DNA of 64,000 bases from an uncultured delta proteobacterium (GCA_963771465.1 CAVYTU010000004.1:11618-75617), one strand, 5' to 3'; counted from the first letter of the stretch, positions 9,931 to 20,183 are shown. The notes: a model not told the origin generated them from the sequence alone. Program-made: numbers and translations.

Positions 9931-12141
9931 TCAGTGCAGATCTTCCCTGGGCGGCTGCTCGAGTTCAATTTTGCCGCCGGCCCGGCCGCGGGCGCGCACG
10001 GCTTTGTAGACACCTTTTACTTTCGAGATATTGAGCAGCACCACTTTCAAATGTTCGGAGCTTTTGATCATCACTTCAAAGGTGTTGATCGCACGCTGGC
10101 TCGATGTTCGGATTTGCGCTCTGGCGATATTCGCCTCGGCGCTGGTGATCGCTGCGCTGATCGCGGCCAGCAATCCCGGCTGATCGACACAAGTGACCTC
10201 GATTTTGACCGGCCGCGGTGCTTGGCCATTTTCTTCCCAACTCACTTCGGTTTTTCGATGGGGATCGCTTTCCAAAACGGTCGGACATCCGACCGTGTGA
10301 ACCGTGACGCCACGGCCGCGGGTGATAAAGCCGATAATCGGTTCGCCCGGCAACGGATGGCAGCACAGCGCAAATCGCACCAAAACGTCGTCGACTCCTT
10401 TGACGCGAATCCCCAAACCGCGCCGCTGTTTGGACACCATGCGAAAGAGCGACTGCAGCGAACCGTCGGCCTTTTTCGGTCCGGCTTCCAATTTTTCCGG
10501 CGAGACCAATTTAGCCAACACGTGGCGCGTGGTGAGACGGCCGTAACCGATGGCGGCGAGCAATGCCTCTTCGTCTTTTACCGCCAATTCTTTCAGCAAG
10601 CTTTCGATCTTGCCGTCTTCGCGTAGCTTGCCGTAGTCCAATTGATAACGGTGCAAATCGCTTTCCAGAATTTGCCGGCCCAAAACCACGCTGCGCTCCC
10701 GCTGCTGGGCTTTGAGCCAATTGCGAATCTTCGATTGGGCGCGCGGCGTTTTGACCCATTTCAGCCAATCGCGGGTGGGCGCCTGTTGCGGCGTGGTGAT
10801 AATTTCCACCGTGTCCCCGCTGCGAAGAATATATCGCAGTGACACGAGTTGGCCGTTGACCCGAGCGCCTGAGCACCGGTGACCCACTTCGGTGTGAATC
10901 CGGTAAGCAAAGTCGATCACGGTCGAGCCCTTGGGAAAATTCAAAAGATCGCCTTTCGGCGTGAACACGTACATCGACGTCGAGAACAGATCTTCTTTGA
11001 GGCTGTGCAAAAACTCCTGCGGGTCTTGCAGGTTTTCCTGCCACTCCAGCAGTTGACGCAGCCAGGAGAAGCGGCGCAAATCGCTAACGTGAAAATCTTC
11101 GCCCTCCTTGTAGCGCCAGTGAGCCGCGATTCCTTCCTCGGCGACGCGATGCATCTCATGGCTGCGAATCTGGATTTCGATGCGCTCGCCGTAGGGGCCG
11201 ATCACGCTGGTGTGCAGCGACTGATACATGTTCGGCTTAGGGAGCGCGATATAATCCTTAAAACGGCCGGGCACCGGGCGCCACTGCTGGTGCACGATGC
11301 CGAGCGCCTCGTAACATTCCCGCGGCGTGTCGACCAAAATGCGAAACGCCACGAGATCATAAATTTGATCATAGAGGAGATTTTGACTCTCCATCTTTTG
11401 ATAGATGCTGTAGAAATGCTTGGGCCGGCCGGTGACTTCAGCCTCGATGCCTTCGGTTTCGAGCTTCTTGGTGATGATCGAAATCACCTCGTCGATATAT
11501 TTTTCCCGGTCGCCCTTTTTCTTCGCGACGTTGCGCTTGAGCTGGTAGTAGATCTCCGGGTGCAGATGCTTAAGCGCGAGATCTTCGAGCTCGGTCTTGA
11601 TCCAGGCGATGCCGAGGCGGTGTGACAACGGCGCGTAGATATCCAAAGTCTCTTGCGCCGTGAGAATCTGATTTTGCCGCGGCATATGGTCCAAGGTGCG
11701 CATGTTATGCACCCGGTCGGCGAGCTTGATGAGAATCACCCGCACGTCCTTGCCCATGGCGAGCAGCATCTTGCGAAAATTCTCCGCCTGCTTTTCTTCC
11801 TGGCTGCTAAAATTGGCCCGGCTCAATTTCGTCACTCCGTCGACCAGAGCGGCGATTTCACGGCCGAACAAACTTTTAATTTCTTCCAGTGTTGCTAGCG
11901 TATCCTCGACCGTGTCATGCAACAACGCGCCAACCACGCTGGGCACGTCGAGCTTCAGTTCGGCGATGAGATCGGCGACCGCCATGGGATGAGTCAGATA
12001 AGGTTCTCCGGATCGACGCTTTTGTCCCTGGTGCACCTTGGCGGAAAACTCGTAGGCGGTGCGGATGATCTCGCCATCCGCGGCGGGATAGTAAGACTGG
12101 ACTTTTTCTACCAGGTCGCTGATCTTGATGTCTTTGCTCAT
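9931..12141 (-). CDS. rel: Bifunctional (p)ppGpp synthetase/hydrolase (Rel/SpoT)
   Basis: Intact HD motif LLHDTVED, KLADRVHNMRT, synthetase GRPKH and RFKDYI..YQSLHT, TGS domain DFAYRIHT, CCHPLPG, C-terminal ACT domain. Confidence 0.96.
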   Translation of the reverse strand: MSKDIKISDLVEKVQSYYPAADGEIIRTAYEFSAKVHQGQKRRSGEPYLTHPMAVADLIAELKLDVPSVVGALLHDTVEDTLATLEEIKSLFGREIAALVDGVTKLSRANFSSQEEKQAENFRKMLLAMGKDVRVILIKLADRVHNMRTLDHMPRQNQILTAQETLDIYAPLSHRLGIAWIKTELEDLALKHLHPEIYYQLKRNVAKKKGDREKYIDEVISIITKKLETEGIEAEVTGRPKHFYSIYQKMESQNLLYDQIYDLVAFRILVDTPRECYEALGIVHQQWRPVPGRFKDYIALPKPNMYQSLHTSVIGPYGERIEIQIRSHEMHRVAEEGIAAHWRYKEGEDFHVSDLRRFSWLRQLLEWQENLQDPQEFLHSLKEDLFSTSMYVFTPKGDLLNFPKGSTVIDFAYRIHTEVGHRCSGARVNGQLVSLRYILRSGDTVEIITTPQQAPTRDWLKWVKTPRAQSKIRNWLKAQQRERSVVLGRQILESDLHRYQLDYGKLREDGKIESLLKELAVKDEEALLAAIGYGRLTTRHVLAKLVSPEKLEAGPKKADGSLQSLFRMVSKQRRGLGIRVKGVDDVLVRFALCCHPLPGEPIIGFITRGRGVTVHTVGCPTVLESDPHRKTEVSWEENGQAPRPVKIEVTCVDQPGLLAAISAAITSAEANIARAQIRTSSQRAINTFEVMIKSSEHLKVVLLNISKVKGVYKAVRARGRAGGKIELEQPPREDLH

Positions 12142-12157
12142 GGCTCCGACAATCCCG

Positions 12158-12790
12158 TCAATGGCGCAGCGGCTCGATCAGCCACCGGCGCACTCTTACG
12201 GTTCTTGCTCGTTCCGCTTCGACGATGGCGCTTAACGACTTGATGGCAGCGCCCAACTCTCGATTGACGACGTAATAATCATACTTGATTATCTCGCTCA
12301 TTTCACCCCGCGCATTGGCAAGCCGCCGCTCGATCGTCGCCTTGCCGTCAGTACCGCGGGCGGACAAGCGCCGTTTAAGTTCAGCGATCGACGGCGGCAG
12401 GATAAATACCGCCACGGCCTCGGGATAGGCTTGTTTGATCTTGCGTGCGCCTTGGACGTCGATATCGAGAAAAATATCCTGTCCCGCTTTGACCGCCCGA
12501 ACGAGCGGCCTTTTCGGCGTGCCGTAATAATAATCGTGCACCCGGGCCCATTCGGCGAATTCGCCACGCCGCTTGAGGGCGGCAAACCGGCGTTCGCTGA
12601 TGAATCGATAGTCCCGTCCGCTGATCTCACCGCGGCGGCGCGCCCGTGTCGTCCACGACACCGAAAGGCGAATTTCCGGGTAAATTTCGCGCAAGCCATT
12701 GTAGAGCGTGGTCTTGCCGGCTCCGGACGGCGCGGAAAGAATAAAGATAATGCCTTGGCGCTTGGCGAGCGGACGGTATGGCCGTTTCAT
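12158..12790 (-). CDS. gmk: Guanylate kinase
   Basis: SAPSGAGKTT, SWTTR..RRGE..GRDY, YYGTP, LDIDVQGA. Confidence 0.96.
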   Translation of the reverse strand: MKRPYRPLAKRQGIIFILSAPSGAGKTTLYNGLREIYPEIRLSVSWTTRARRRGEISGRDYRFISERRFAALKRRGEFAEWARVHDYYYGTPKRPLVRAVKAGQDIFLDIDVQGARKIKQAYPEAVAVFILPPSIAELKRRLSARGTDGKATIERRLANARGEMSEIIKYDYYVVNRELGAAIKSLSAIVEAERARTVRVRRWLIEPLRH

Positions 12791-13647
12791 TCGATGTTTT
12801 GGGTTTGCTCGCGAATTTTTTCGACCCGCTCTTTACCCTGAAGCACGAGTTGAGTCACGGGCATGTACGGTACTTTGGAAGTGATCGTGTTGAGTTCACG
12901 GTTGACTTCCTGGAGCATGAAATCGATCCTTTTGCCCACCGGCTCGCGCTCGCGCACGACCCTGGCCAAAGCCACCACGTGAGTTTTCAGCCGCACCAAC
13001 TCTTCGTTGATATCACCCTTGAAGGTCACGTTGGAAATCTCCCCGGCCTCCTTGTCGCCAGCCTCGCCGCTTTCGCCATTGGCCGGTGCGCCTCTTTGCA
13101 AGCGAATGCCATTCTCGGCTGCGCGCGCCTCAAGACCGGAGGCAACTTCACGCAAATGGCCGATCTGCGATTCCATGTCGGCGCGCAGATGCGCTCCCTC
13201 GCGTTCGCGCGATTGTTCGAGTTTCTTGAGCGCCGCGCTCAAAGCTTTTAAAACCGCGTGCCGCTCGTTGGCACTATCAATCTCGACTTCGCGCACATGA
13301 AAGACATCCGGTATGGTCGAGAGCAGCGCCACGCCGATTTCTCCGGCCAATTTGTATTTCTTTTTGAGCTGGCTGACCCCGGCGATATACTGCCCGACCA
13401 GTGCCTCATCCATCTCCAATTTTCGACTCTGCCCCTTGGCCGCGTAGCGATTGACATAAAGATCGATCCGGCCGCGCGAGATCTTCTCGCGTACCCGTTT
13501 GCGCACGTCCTCTTCGAAGGACAAATATTCCCGCGGCGCGCGCACCTGCAAATCGAGATGGCGGTGATTGACGCTGCGAATTTGCACGGTCACTTTCGCG
13601 CCCTTGATGTTCTGCGATGCTTCGCCGTAGCCCGTCATGCTCTTCAT
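12787..13647 (-). CDS. yicC: YicC/YloC family endoribonuclease
   Basis: MKSMTGYG, RSVNHR, DINEELVRL, GKRIDFMLQEVNRELNT, EKIREQTQNIE. Confidence 0.93.
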   Translation of the reverse strand: MKSMTGYGEASQNIKGAKVTVQIRSVNHRHLDLQVRAPREYLSFEEDVRKRVREKISRGRIDLYVNRYAAKGQSRKLEMDEALVGQYIAGVSQLKKKYKLAGEIGVALLSTIPDVFHVREVEIDSANERHAVLKALSAALKKLEQSREREGAHLRADMESQIGHLREVASGLEARAAENGIRLQRGAPANGESGEAGDKEAGEISNVTFKGDINEELVRLKTHVVALARVVREREPVGKRIDFMLQEVNRELNTITSKVPYMPVTQLVLQGKERVEKIREQTQNIE

Positions 13648-14627
13648 ATTCTATCTGCAATACTCCTCTTGAGTTTTTCTCCAGGCACGGCCACCGTGCC
13701 AACCTCATCGCCGACAAATCCCGCCGCGATATTGGCCAACAGCGCCGCCTCTTCGTAACTACCGCCGCTTGCCAACGCCAAGGCGCACACGGCCACGACG
13801 GTATCTCCGGCGCCGGTGACTTCGAAGACATCGCGCGGCTCGGTGGGGAAATGTTTGACCGCGCGACGCGGCCGAAACAGACTCATGCCATCGGGACCGC
13901 GGGTGATCAACACCGCCCGGGCGCGCCACTGACGCACGAGCTTGGTACCGGCGGCACCCAATGATGCAGCATCGTCGATGGTGATCATCGCAGCCTCGCT
14001 CGCCTCGTTCTTGTTCGGCGTGATCAATGTGGGAAAACGATAGTGCCGGTAGTTTTCTTTTTTTGGATCGATGACGCAAATAATTTTGCTTTGCGCCGCC
14101 CGTTCGCCGACGATATCGAGCAGCTCTTTGTGAATGACCCCTTTGCCGTAATCGGAAATGACGATGCCATCGTAGCGGCCGAGTCCGGCGCGAACAAACT
14201 CGCGCAACTTCTTGCGCGTCGCCGCGCTGGCCGGCTGGCGGCTTTCACGATCGAGACGGACAATTTGTTGGTGGCGCGGGCTGGCGATGATGCGGGTTTT
14301 TTGAATCGTCGCCACCGCGCGGTCGACGCACACGCCAGCGATGGAGGCGCCGACTTGGCGCAACGCCGCAACCACACGCTTGCCGCCATCGTCCTGGCCA
14401 ACGATACCGCATGCGGTTACTCGCCCGCCGAGAGAACGAACATTATGAACCACGTTGGCGGCACCGCCCAAGCTGGTGCTTTCCGACAGTACGCGCACCA
14501 CGGGCACTGGCGCTTCGGGTGAAATGCGCTCGACTTCGCCGCGAATGAAGCGATCGAGCATGAGATCACCGACGACTAAAAGATGGGTCCGGGAAAATTT
14601 CTCGACAAGTTTTAAGAGGGTGTCCAT
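13644..14627 (-). CDS. rfaE1: D-glycero-beta-D-manno-heptose-7-phosphate kinase (stand-alone HldE domain I)
   Basis: VGDLMLD..RISPEAPVPV, GGAANV, SDYGKG, TPNKNE, EVTGAGDTV. Start ATG 14627. Confidence 0.94.
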   Translation of the reverse strand: MDTLLKLVEKFSRTHLLVVGDLMLDRFIRGEVERISPEAPVPVVRVLSESTSLGGAANVVHNVRSLGGRVTACGIVGQDDGGKRVVAALRQVGASIAGVCVDRAVATIQKTRIIASPRHQQIVRLDRESRQPASAATRKKLREFVRAGLGRYDGIVISDYGKGVIHKELLDIVGERAAQSKIICVIDPKKENYRHYRFPTLITPNKNEASEAAMITIDDAASLGAAGTKLVRQWRARAVLITRGPDGMSLFRPRRAVKHFPTEPRDVFEVTGAGDTVVAVCALALASGGSYEEAALLANIAAGFVGDEVGTVAVPGEKLKRSIADRI

Positions 14628-14643
14628 GATGCAACAGTAAAAT

Positions 14644-15750
14644 CTAATTAACGCCCTCAAGAAGCTCGTAGTAAAAGGCTTCATTCTTAAGCGCCGTTTT
14701 TGCCAACGTGAAGTGCTCGAGCACCCGCGCACGCCCGTGCTGACCCATCTCGGCGGCCAGCTCGGGCTGGGCCACGAGTTTCGCGATGGCGACGGCCAAA
14801 GCCTCTGCATCGCGCGGTGCAACGAGAATGCCGGTGACGCCGTCGACGATCGACTCGGCCAACCCACCGACACGCGTGGCAATCACCGGCCGGCCCGCCG
14901 CCATCGCCTCGAGCGCGGCAACGCCCAAGCCTTCGAATAACGAGGGCATCACGAAAACGTCGACATCGGCTAGAAATGCGGCCGTATCGGAAACAAAACC
15001 GCAGAACTGGATGTCGTCTTGCAATCCAAGCCGAATCGCATCTCGCTGCAAAGATTGTCGGAGCAGACCGTCGCCGGCGATCCGAATCGTTACACTCGAG
15101 CCTTGCCGTTTCAGTTTCCCTGCTGCCTCAAGCAAATAACCATGCCCCTTGCGCTCTTCGAGCACGCCAACCGAGCCGATGACGAGTTCGCCAGCCGATT
15201 TTACCGTCGTCGGCCGCGCCGCCATGAATCGTTGTGGCTCGATGCCGCTCGCAATCACCCAAATTTTCTCCCGGGTGACTCCCGCTGCCCGTAACAATTC
15301 GGCGATCTTCTGAGAAATCGCCACGACACCGTCGACCCGCCGATTGTACAAACAGTGGGTGTACCAATTATTCGATTCTGGATAATCCATCCGGCGGGTC
15401 ACTAGATATCTAGGCCGAGAATGAAAACGCGGCAGCCACAGCGCCAGCGTGTGCGCCCGCTTGGTATGAAGATGGACAATATCGTATTCACCGGTTCGGA
15501 TGAGCCGGCGCAGCGCGGGAATACAACGCCAATCAAGATCGTTGCGAATAACGATCGGGCGGCAGACAATTTCTAGCTTCTGACACTGACTGAATAACCG
15601 CCCATTGGGATGGGCCAATAGTTCGTTTTCATGTCCCTTGGCGGCGAGGCAATTGATGAGCCCTAATACCTGCGCCTCCCCACCACCCCACTTTCGCTCA
15701 GGATCGATATGCAAAATCTTGAGCCGGCGGTTAGCGCCGCTGATGGTCAA
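14644..15750 (-). CDS. Glycosyltransferase family 4
   Basis: KWGGGEAQV, RKGH, PSLFEGLGVAALEAMAAG (EX7E). Confidence 0.9.
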   Translation of the reverse strand: MTISGANRRLKILHIDPERKWGGGEAQVLGLINCLAAKGHENELLAHPNGRLFSQCQKLEIVCRPIVIRNDLDWRCIPALRRLIRTGEYDIVHLHTKRAHTLALWLPRFHSRPRYLVTRRMDYPESNNWYTHCLYNRRVDGVVAISQKIAELLRAAGVTREKIWVIASGIEPQRFMAARPTTVKSAGELVIGSVGVLEERKGHGYLLEAAGKLKRQGSSVTIRIAGDGLLRQSLQRDAIRLGLQDDIQFCGFVSDTAAFLADVDVFVMPSLFEGLGVAALEAMAAGRPVIATRVGGLAESIVDGVTGILVAPRDAEALAVAIAKLVAQPELAAEMGQHGRARVLEHFTLAKTALKNEAFYYELLEGVN

Positions 15751-16540
15751 TTTTCTTTTTCTCCTCCGCTTCTAACTCCCACAATTTAGCATACTTGAGA
15801 AAAACATAAACGGCGGCAGTGACAGCGACATAAAATCCGGCAAAACCTTCCAAGAAACCGCGCTTGATGATGTAGGATCGAAAAAATCGCACCGGCGGTC
15901 GTAACAACGCATCGCTCAGGCGCCAATGGCCGCCTACCTTTTTTAGTTCCCTCGATGAGATGGAGGTAAACCGGTTAATGCGTTCTATGTGATCGTCGAT
16001 GTTTCGGTAGGTATAGTGTTCCAAATAATGCTTCAACCGGCGAACGTTGCCGTTGACGAGAATTTTCTCATGGGGATCATTGCCGCCCCAGGTGGCGCGC
16101 TCGCGGCGAAACAAACGCACGTCGTAGTCCGGATACCAGCCACCGCGCCACCACCAACGGTGTAAGTAACGCACCAGCCGCGGCAGCGAATAGCCGGCGT
16201 ACGCGGCGCTATCGTGAACCAGCGCATCAAGGATCTCTTGCCGCAGTGCCGGTGTGACCCGCTCGTCGGAATCCACCAGCAAAACCCAATCTTTAGTTGC
16301 TTGCGAATGGGCGAACGCCTTTTGATCGCGATAGCCCGCCCATTGGCGCTGCATAAAGCGCTCGGTATAGCGGCGGCATATCTCCGGTGTACGATCCGTG
16401 CTAAATGAATCGACCACGACAATCTCATCGCACCAGCGCAGACTTTCGAGACAGGCTTCGATGCGCTGTTCTTCGTTATAGCAGACGACGATCGCAGAGA
16501 CCGACGGGGGCCGATTTGGCGGATTTGAACTATGGCTCAT
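15731..16540 (-). CDS. Glycosyltransferase family 2 (WaaE/KdtX-like LPS core)
   Basis: YNEEQRI..CL, VVDSFSTDRT, DWVLLVDSDE, WYPDY..RLF, PHE. Confidence 0.9.
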   Translation of the reverse strand: MSHSSNPPNRPPSVSAIVVCYNEEQRIEACLESLRWCDEIVVVDSFSTDRTPEICRRYTERFMQRQWAGYRDQKAFAHSQATKDWVLLVDSDERVTPALRQEILDALVHDSAAYAGYSLPRLVRYLHRWWWRGGWYPDYDVRLFRRERATWGGNDPHEKILVNGNVRRLKHYLEHYTYRNIDDHIERINRFTSISSRELKKVGGHWRLSDALLRPPVRFFRSYIIKRGFLEGFAGFYVAVTAAVYVFLKYAKLWELEAEEKKKIDHQRR

Positions 16541-16663
16541 AGCGCGGCCTTACTAACGCCGGGCGCTTCGCTTCATTACGCACTGCTACACGCGAGAACG
16601 TTAGCCGGCTCGTTGGTTAATCCCGTCGGCTGCTGGCTGCTTGAAGCCGCGGCTAATAGATTA

Positions 16664-17569
16664 TCAGCCAGCGATTTTTCTGGTTATCACGGCCAGCATG
16701 GCGCGGTAGTGGAAGTAACGTCCCTTCGCACGATACTGTTTACGCACATCACCTTTCATCGAGTACCAACCGAAAGTCCACATCGAGCGCAGGAGATTGG
16801 GTAGAATTGAACCGAGAGTTTGCTTCTTGTAGATAAGACGACTGCGCCCTTGCTGCTCATGGCGCTCCCGAAAGAACTCTTCAGTGAGACGCGCCCAGTC
16901 GACTTCGTGATACACCGCCGCTTCCGGCACGTAGCCGATCATGCCACCACTCTGGCGCAGCCGTTTGGCGAACTCTACATCCTCGGAAATTCCTGACCGT
17001 CCCGGACCCAGTTCTTCGTTGAAATAGCCGATGCGGGAGAAGACTTGCTTGCGAATGGCCATGTTCGCGCCGGTGAGCGTATCTAATTCGATCAACTTGC
17101 GCGAGTACTGCACAAAGTTAATAGTTCTGAACTTATGCTGCGCGATTAAAAAATTTTTATCGCTCAGCATATCAGGCGGAACGAGAATCGGACCCTGCAT
17201 GGCGTCGTGCGGTTTCTCGCGGAAAAATTTGTCCGCCGCCGACAACCAACCCGGCGCGACTACGACATCGTCGTCGAAGAAAGCCAATACACTTCCGCGT
17301 GCCTCTCCAATTGCCTTGTTTTGGGATCGGCATTTACCCGCAGAGGGCTCCCTTACGTGCCGAAACTTATCCCCATGGCGGCGGCTGAGATCGTCGACAA
17401 TTTGCCTAATCCGCGTCGCGACCTGCTCGTCGCGAGCGTTGTTGGCGACGATCACTTCATGCTCCACCCCACTGGCGTCAAATTCCTCAGTTAGGCTTTC
17501 GAGCAGTCGATGCAAGGACTCGCAGCGTTCATAGGTAGCGATGATTACGGTAAAAAGGGGGACACTCAT
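16664..17569 (-). CDS. Glycosyltransferase family 2
   Basis: VIIATY, AFFDDDV, GANMA, SEDVEF. Start ATG 17569. Confidence 0.88.
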   Translation of the reverse strand: MSVPLFTVIIATYERCESLHRLLESLTEEFDASGVEHEVIVANNARDEQVATRIRQIVDDLSRRHGDKFRHVREPSAGKCRSQNKAIGEARGSVLAFFDDDVVVAPGWLSAADKFFREKPHDAMQGPILVPPDMLSDKNFLIAQHKFRTINFVQYSRKLIELDTLTGANMAIRKQVFSRIGYFNEELGPGRSGISEDVEFAKRLRQSGGMIGYVPEAAVYHEVDWARLTEEFFRERHEQQGRSRLIYKKQTLGSILPNLLRSMWTFGWYSMKGDVRKQYRAKGRYFHYRAMLAVITRKIAG

Positions 17570-17570
17570 G

Positions 17571-18476
17571 CTAATTATGCAATGCTCCCCAAAGATAACG
17601 GTAAACACGATACTTGAGCGAATACGGTGCCCGTGCAACAGCCGCGTCGATCGCTTCCAAGGCACCCGGCAACTGGTTTCGCTTCCTACGTCCTTTCGCC
17701 AATCGATAGTATCGGTAGGCGAGCCGTCGAGCCACGTTGAATTTGCCAATGAGATCGCGCGCCTCGGGAAAATCATTGAGAAACTTCTCGATGACTTTGA
17801 TGTTTTCCATCACCCGCAACTCCTGGTTGCGAGAAATATTGCCGTCGTGTTTGCGATAAAAAAAGACCGTGCGGTCGAGATATTTTATCGGAACACGCAT
17901 GGATAAACGGAAAAACAAATCCAGATCATGGCAAATGCGCAGCGAGTCATCCATGCCGCCGACCGCATCGTAGGCGCTTTTCAAGATAATCGAGGCTTGG
18001 AGCCGCACGATGCTTTTGGCAAATAAATCTCGTAAGGTAACGCCCGCCGCTTGCAAACGGCGCGACTTTTTGGCCGGAATAATCGTATTGCGATTATGAT
18101 TAGGACCGTCCAGGTAAGCCCCATTGGCAAATACCATACCGCAATCTGGATGGTCGCGCATACAATCGTATAGAGATTCCAAATGGTCTGGCGCGCATAA
18201 GTCGTCGGAATCTTGAAAGGCTATCCAGGGTGAGCCGGCGTGGCGCACGCCGAAATTGCGGGCCGCCGCCGCGCCTCGGTTCGATTGATAGAGATAACGC
18301 ACGCGCGGTCCCAGCGACTCGACCACGGCGCGGGTGTCATCCGTTGATCCGTCGTCGACTACGATCAATTCATAATCTTGAAACCCTTGTTGTAAAACGC
18401 TCTCGATGGCCTGACGCACAAAATTCGCCCGGTTGAAAGTCGGGATGATCACCGATACCGCAGGCTGGTTGGACAT
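17571..18476 (-). CDS. Glycosyltransferase family 2
   Basis: VSVIIPTFNR, VVDDGSTD, AARNFG, FQDSDD. Confidence 0.9.
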   Translation of the reverse strand: MSNQPAVSVIIPTFNRANFVRQAIESVLQQGFQDYELIVVDDGSTDDTRAVVESLGPRVRYLYQSNRGAAAARNFGVRHAGSPWIAFQDSDDLCAPDHLESLYDCMRDHPDCGMVFANGAYLDGPNHNRNTIIPAKKSRRLQAAGVTLRDLFAKSIVRLQASIILKSAYDAVGGMDDSLRICHDLDLFFRLSMRVPIKYLDRTVFFYRKHDGNISRNQELRVMENIKVIEKFLNDFPEARDLIGKFNVARRLAYRYYRLAKGRRKRNQLPGALEAIDAAVARAPYSLKYRVYRYLWGALHN

Positions 18477-18488
18477 GATATCGGCTCG

Positions 18489-19397
18489 TTAGAAGCTACG
18501 GTGATTGGCTCTTGGCCAACGGCGAAATCTACCGGTCAAGTAACCCCAACGCTTCATCAGTCGTCCCTCGGTCCTATAGACCTTCTGATTCCACCCTAGC
18601 AGTCGGTAAATACCGTAACGAACGCAGTCGGCGGCGAGGTTTGGAACAATCCTGAAAAGAATTGAATCATGCCTGTAGATGCTCCTGCTAACGCCTTTTC
18701 GAAATTCAACATCGCGGTTATATGCGGGACCGTAACGCGCAGGATTCAGTTCATGGTAGACAATCGCGTGCGGTGTGTAGCCGATCTTAAAACCGGCCTT
18801 GCGGATTCGCATGGAAAACTCCGTATCTTCACTAAAGCCAGAAGCGCCCGGGCCAAGTCTTAAGTCGAACAACCCTACTCTTTCAAAAACCCCACGCTTG
18901 AACGACATGTTGGTGCCGGTCAAGCCCTGAATGGTAGTCACTTGCTCGCCATAGCCACTCAATGGGATGTTGTACTCCCGCAACCGAGACGGGTCGGCCG
19001 GACGACCCTCAAAGTCCTTTCCAGCGAGAATCCGTCCTTGGATGGCGGCGAATTCTGTCTGTTTATAAGCCTCGATATGTTTGACGAGCCATTGAGGATC
19101 AACCGACACATCGTCGTCAAGCAGCATCAGCAGATCACCGCGCGCGACGCAAAGAGCACAATTAACAGCGTTGGATTTGCCGGGGCGTTGCTCCTCCAGC
19201 ACTACCAGTTCTTGCGGCCGCGCGATCAGAGCTTCTTCGCGCAGCAGATTGACGGTTTCATCCGTAGAGCCATTGTTGACAACAACAATTTCAACCGATG
19301 TCAGCGGCGGAGTGACAACGACCGCCAGGCTATCGAGCAACTGCTTCAAGCTTCGCGCACGGTTTCGAGTGGGTATAATTATGCTAATTCGCCGCAT
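18489..19397 (-). CDS. Glycosyltransferase family 2
   Basis: IIIPTRNR, VVNNGSTD, LLDDDV, GTNMSF, SEDTEF. Confidence 0.88.
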   Translation of the reverse strand: MRRISIIIPTRNRARSLKQLLDSLAVVVTPPLTSVEIVVVNNGSTDETVNLLREEALIARPQELVVLEEQRPGKSNAVNCALCVARGDLLMLLDDDVSVDPQWLVKHIEAYKQTEFAAIQGRILAGKDFEGRPADPSRLREYNIPLSGYGEQVTTIQGLTGTNMSFKRGVFERVGLFDLRLGPGASGFSEDTEFSMRIRKAGFKIGYTPHAIVYHELNPARYGPAYNRDVEFRKGVSRSIYRHDSILFRIVPNLAADCVRYGIYRLLGWNQKVYRTEGRLMKRWGYLTGRFRRWPRANHRSF

Positions 19398-19482
19398 CAA
19401 GGGTTCGCTTCGTCGACTATTGGAAGGCGCCGTCTAATCGTATAACCGTGAGTGGAGCGGAAAAGAATTCACAAAACTCTGA

Positions 19483-20183
19483 TCATCCGATACCAGCCAG
19501 CCCACGCATTATTTTCCTTGGCAGGGCGCGCCAATGAGCGCGTTTTTCTCTGGCGCGATTGTAGACTTGTCGCAACCAGATCGTCCGGTCGGCTCTGAGC
19601 CGATCTGACCAATTGTCCCAACTAGTTTTTTGAATCGCTAAAATGCTGTCCACTTGGCCCAGTACGCGATATTGCGTATTGAGCAGAATTTCTCCATCAA
19701 CGAACCTTCTCACCCCGCCCACGAATAGGTATCGTGAAACGCGATAATGCCATCTTTTGCGACGAATCGGCTCCAACCCAAAAATCCCCTGACACCGCTT
19801 CATAGCGATGATCTCCCTCGATCCACAGCATCCCAATGGGCCGTGACCAGCCTTTGAGAGCATCGCTTGATTATGCCACGAGGGTGACAACTTTCTTTGC
19901 CAGCCCGGCACGTTGAATATTTTCTCGAAACACTTTCTCCGTACTCACATTATGCTGCCGACGCGACCCACCCACATGAGGATCTATCGCGTAAATCTCG
20001 TATCCGTTCACCGTCTCGGATCCCTTACCAAGCCAGATTGTCGATCGCCCTTGCCAACTGCCGATCTCCACGATCGCGCCAAGTCGTGAGCCTACTTTTG
20101 CTAGTTGGTACAAATAGGGCTCCCAACCAACCTTCGACCGAATCCGCTATCTTTTGAACTTCCTGAACTGCTGAATGGTCCAT
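19483..20183 (-). pseudogene. Class I SAM-dependent methyltransferase (Methyltransf_24-like), disrupted
   Basis: Stitched frames read MDHS..VEGWLG / LYQLA..IVEIGSWQGRSTIWL..AIDPH..LVA*SSDALKGWSRPIGMLWIEGDHRYEAV / DGIIAFHDT / GVRRFV. In-frame TAA at 19871-19873 plus at least three frameshifts. Confidence 0.85.

Noticed and set aside
13644-14882. Long N-terminal extensions in the ORF track (rfaE1, hisC, pheA, waaA, sufS, fabZ, GT4 at 21113)
   Set aside because: The extensions overlap upstream genes in another frame. Downstream starts match the family N-termini, so these are not fusions.
19871-19873. In-frame stops in the methyltransferases (TAA here, TAG at 22560) as recoding or pyrrolysine
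   Set aside because: Both come with frameshifts or deletions, which indicates decay rather than programmed recoding.
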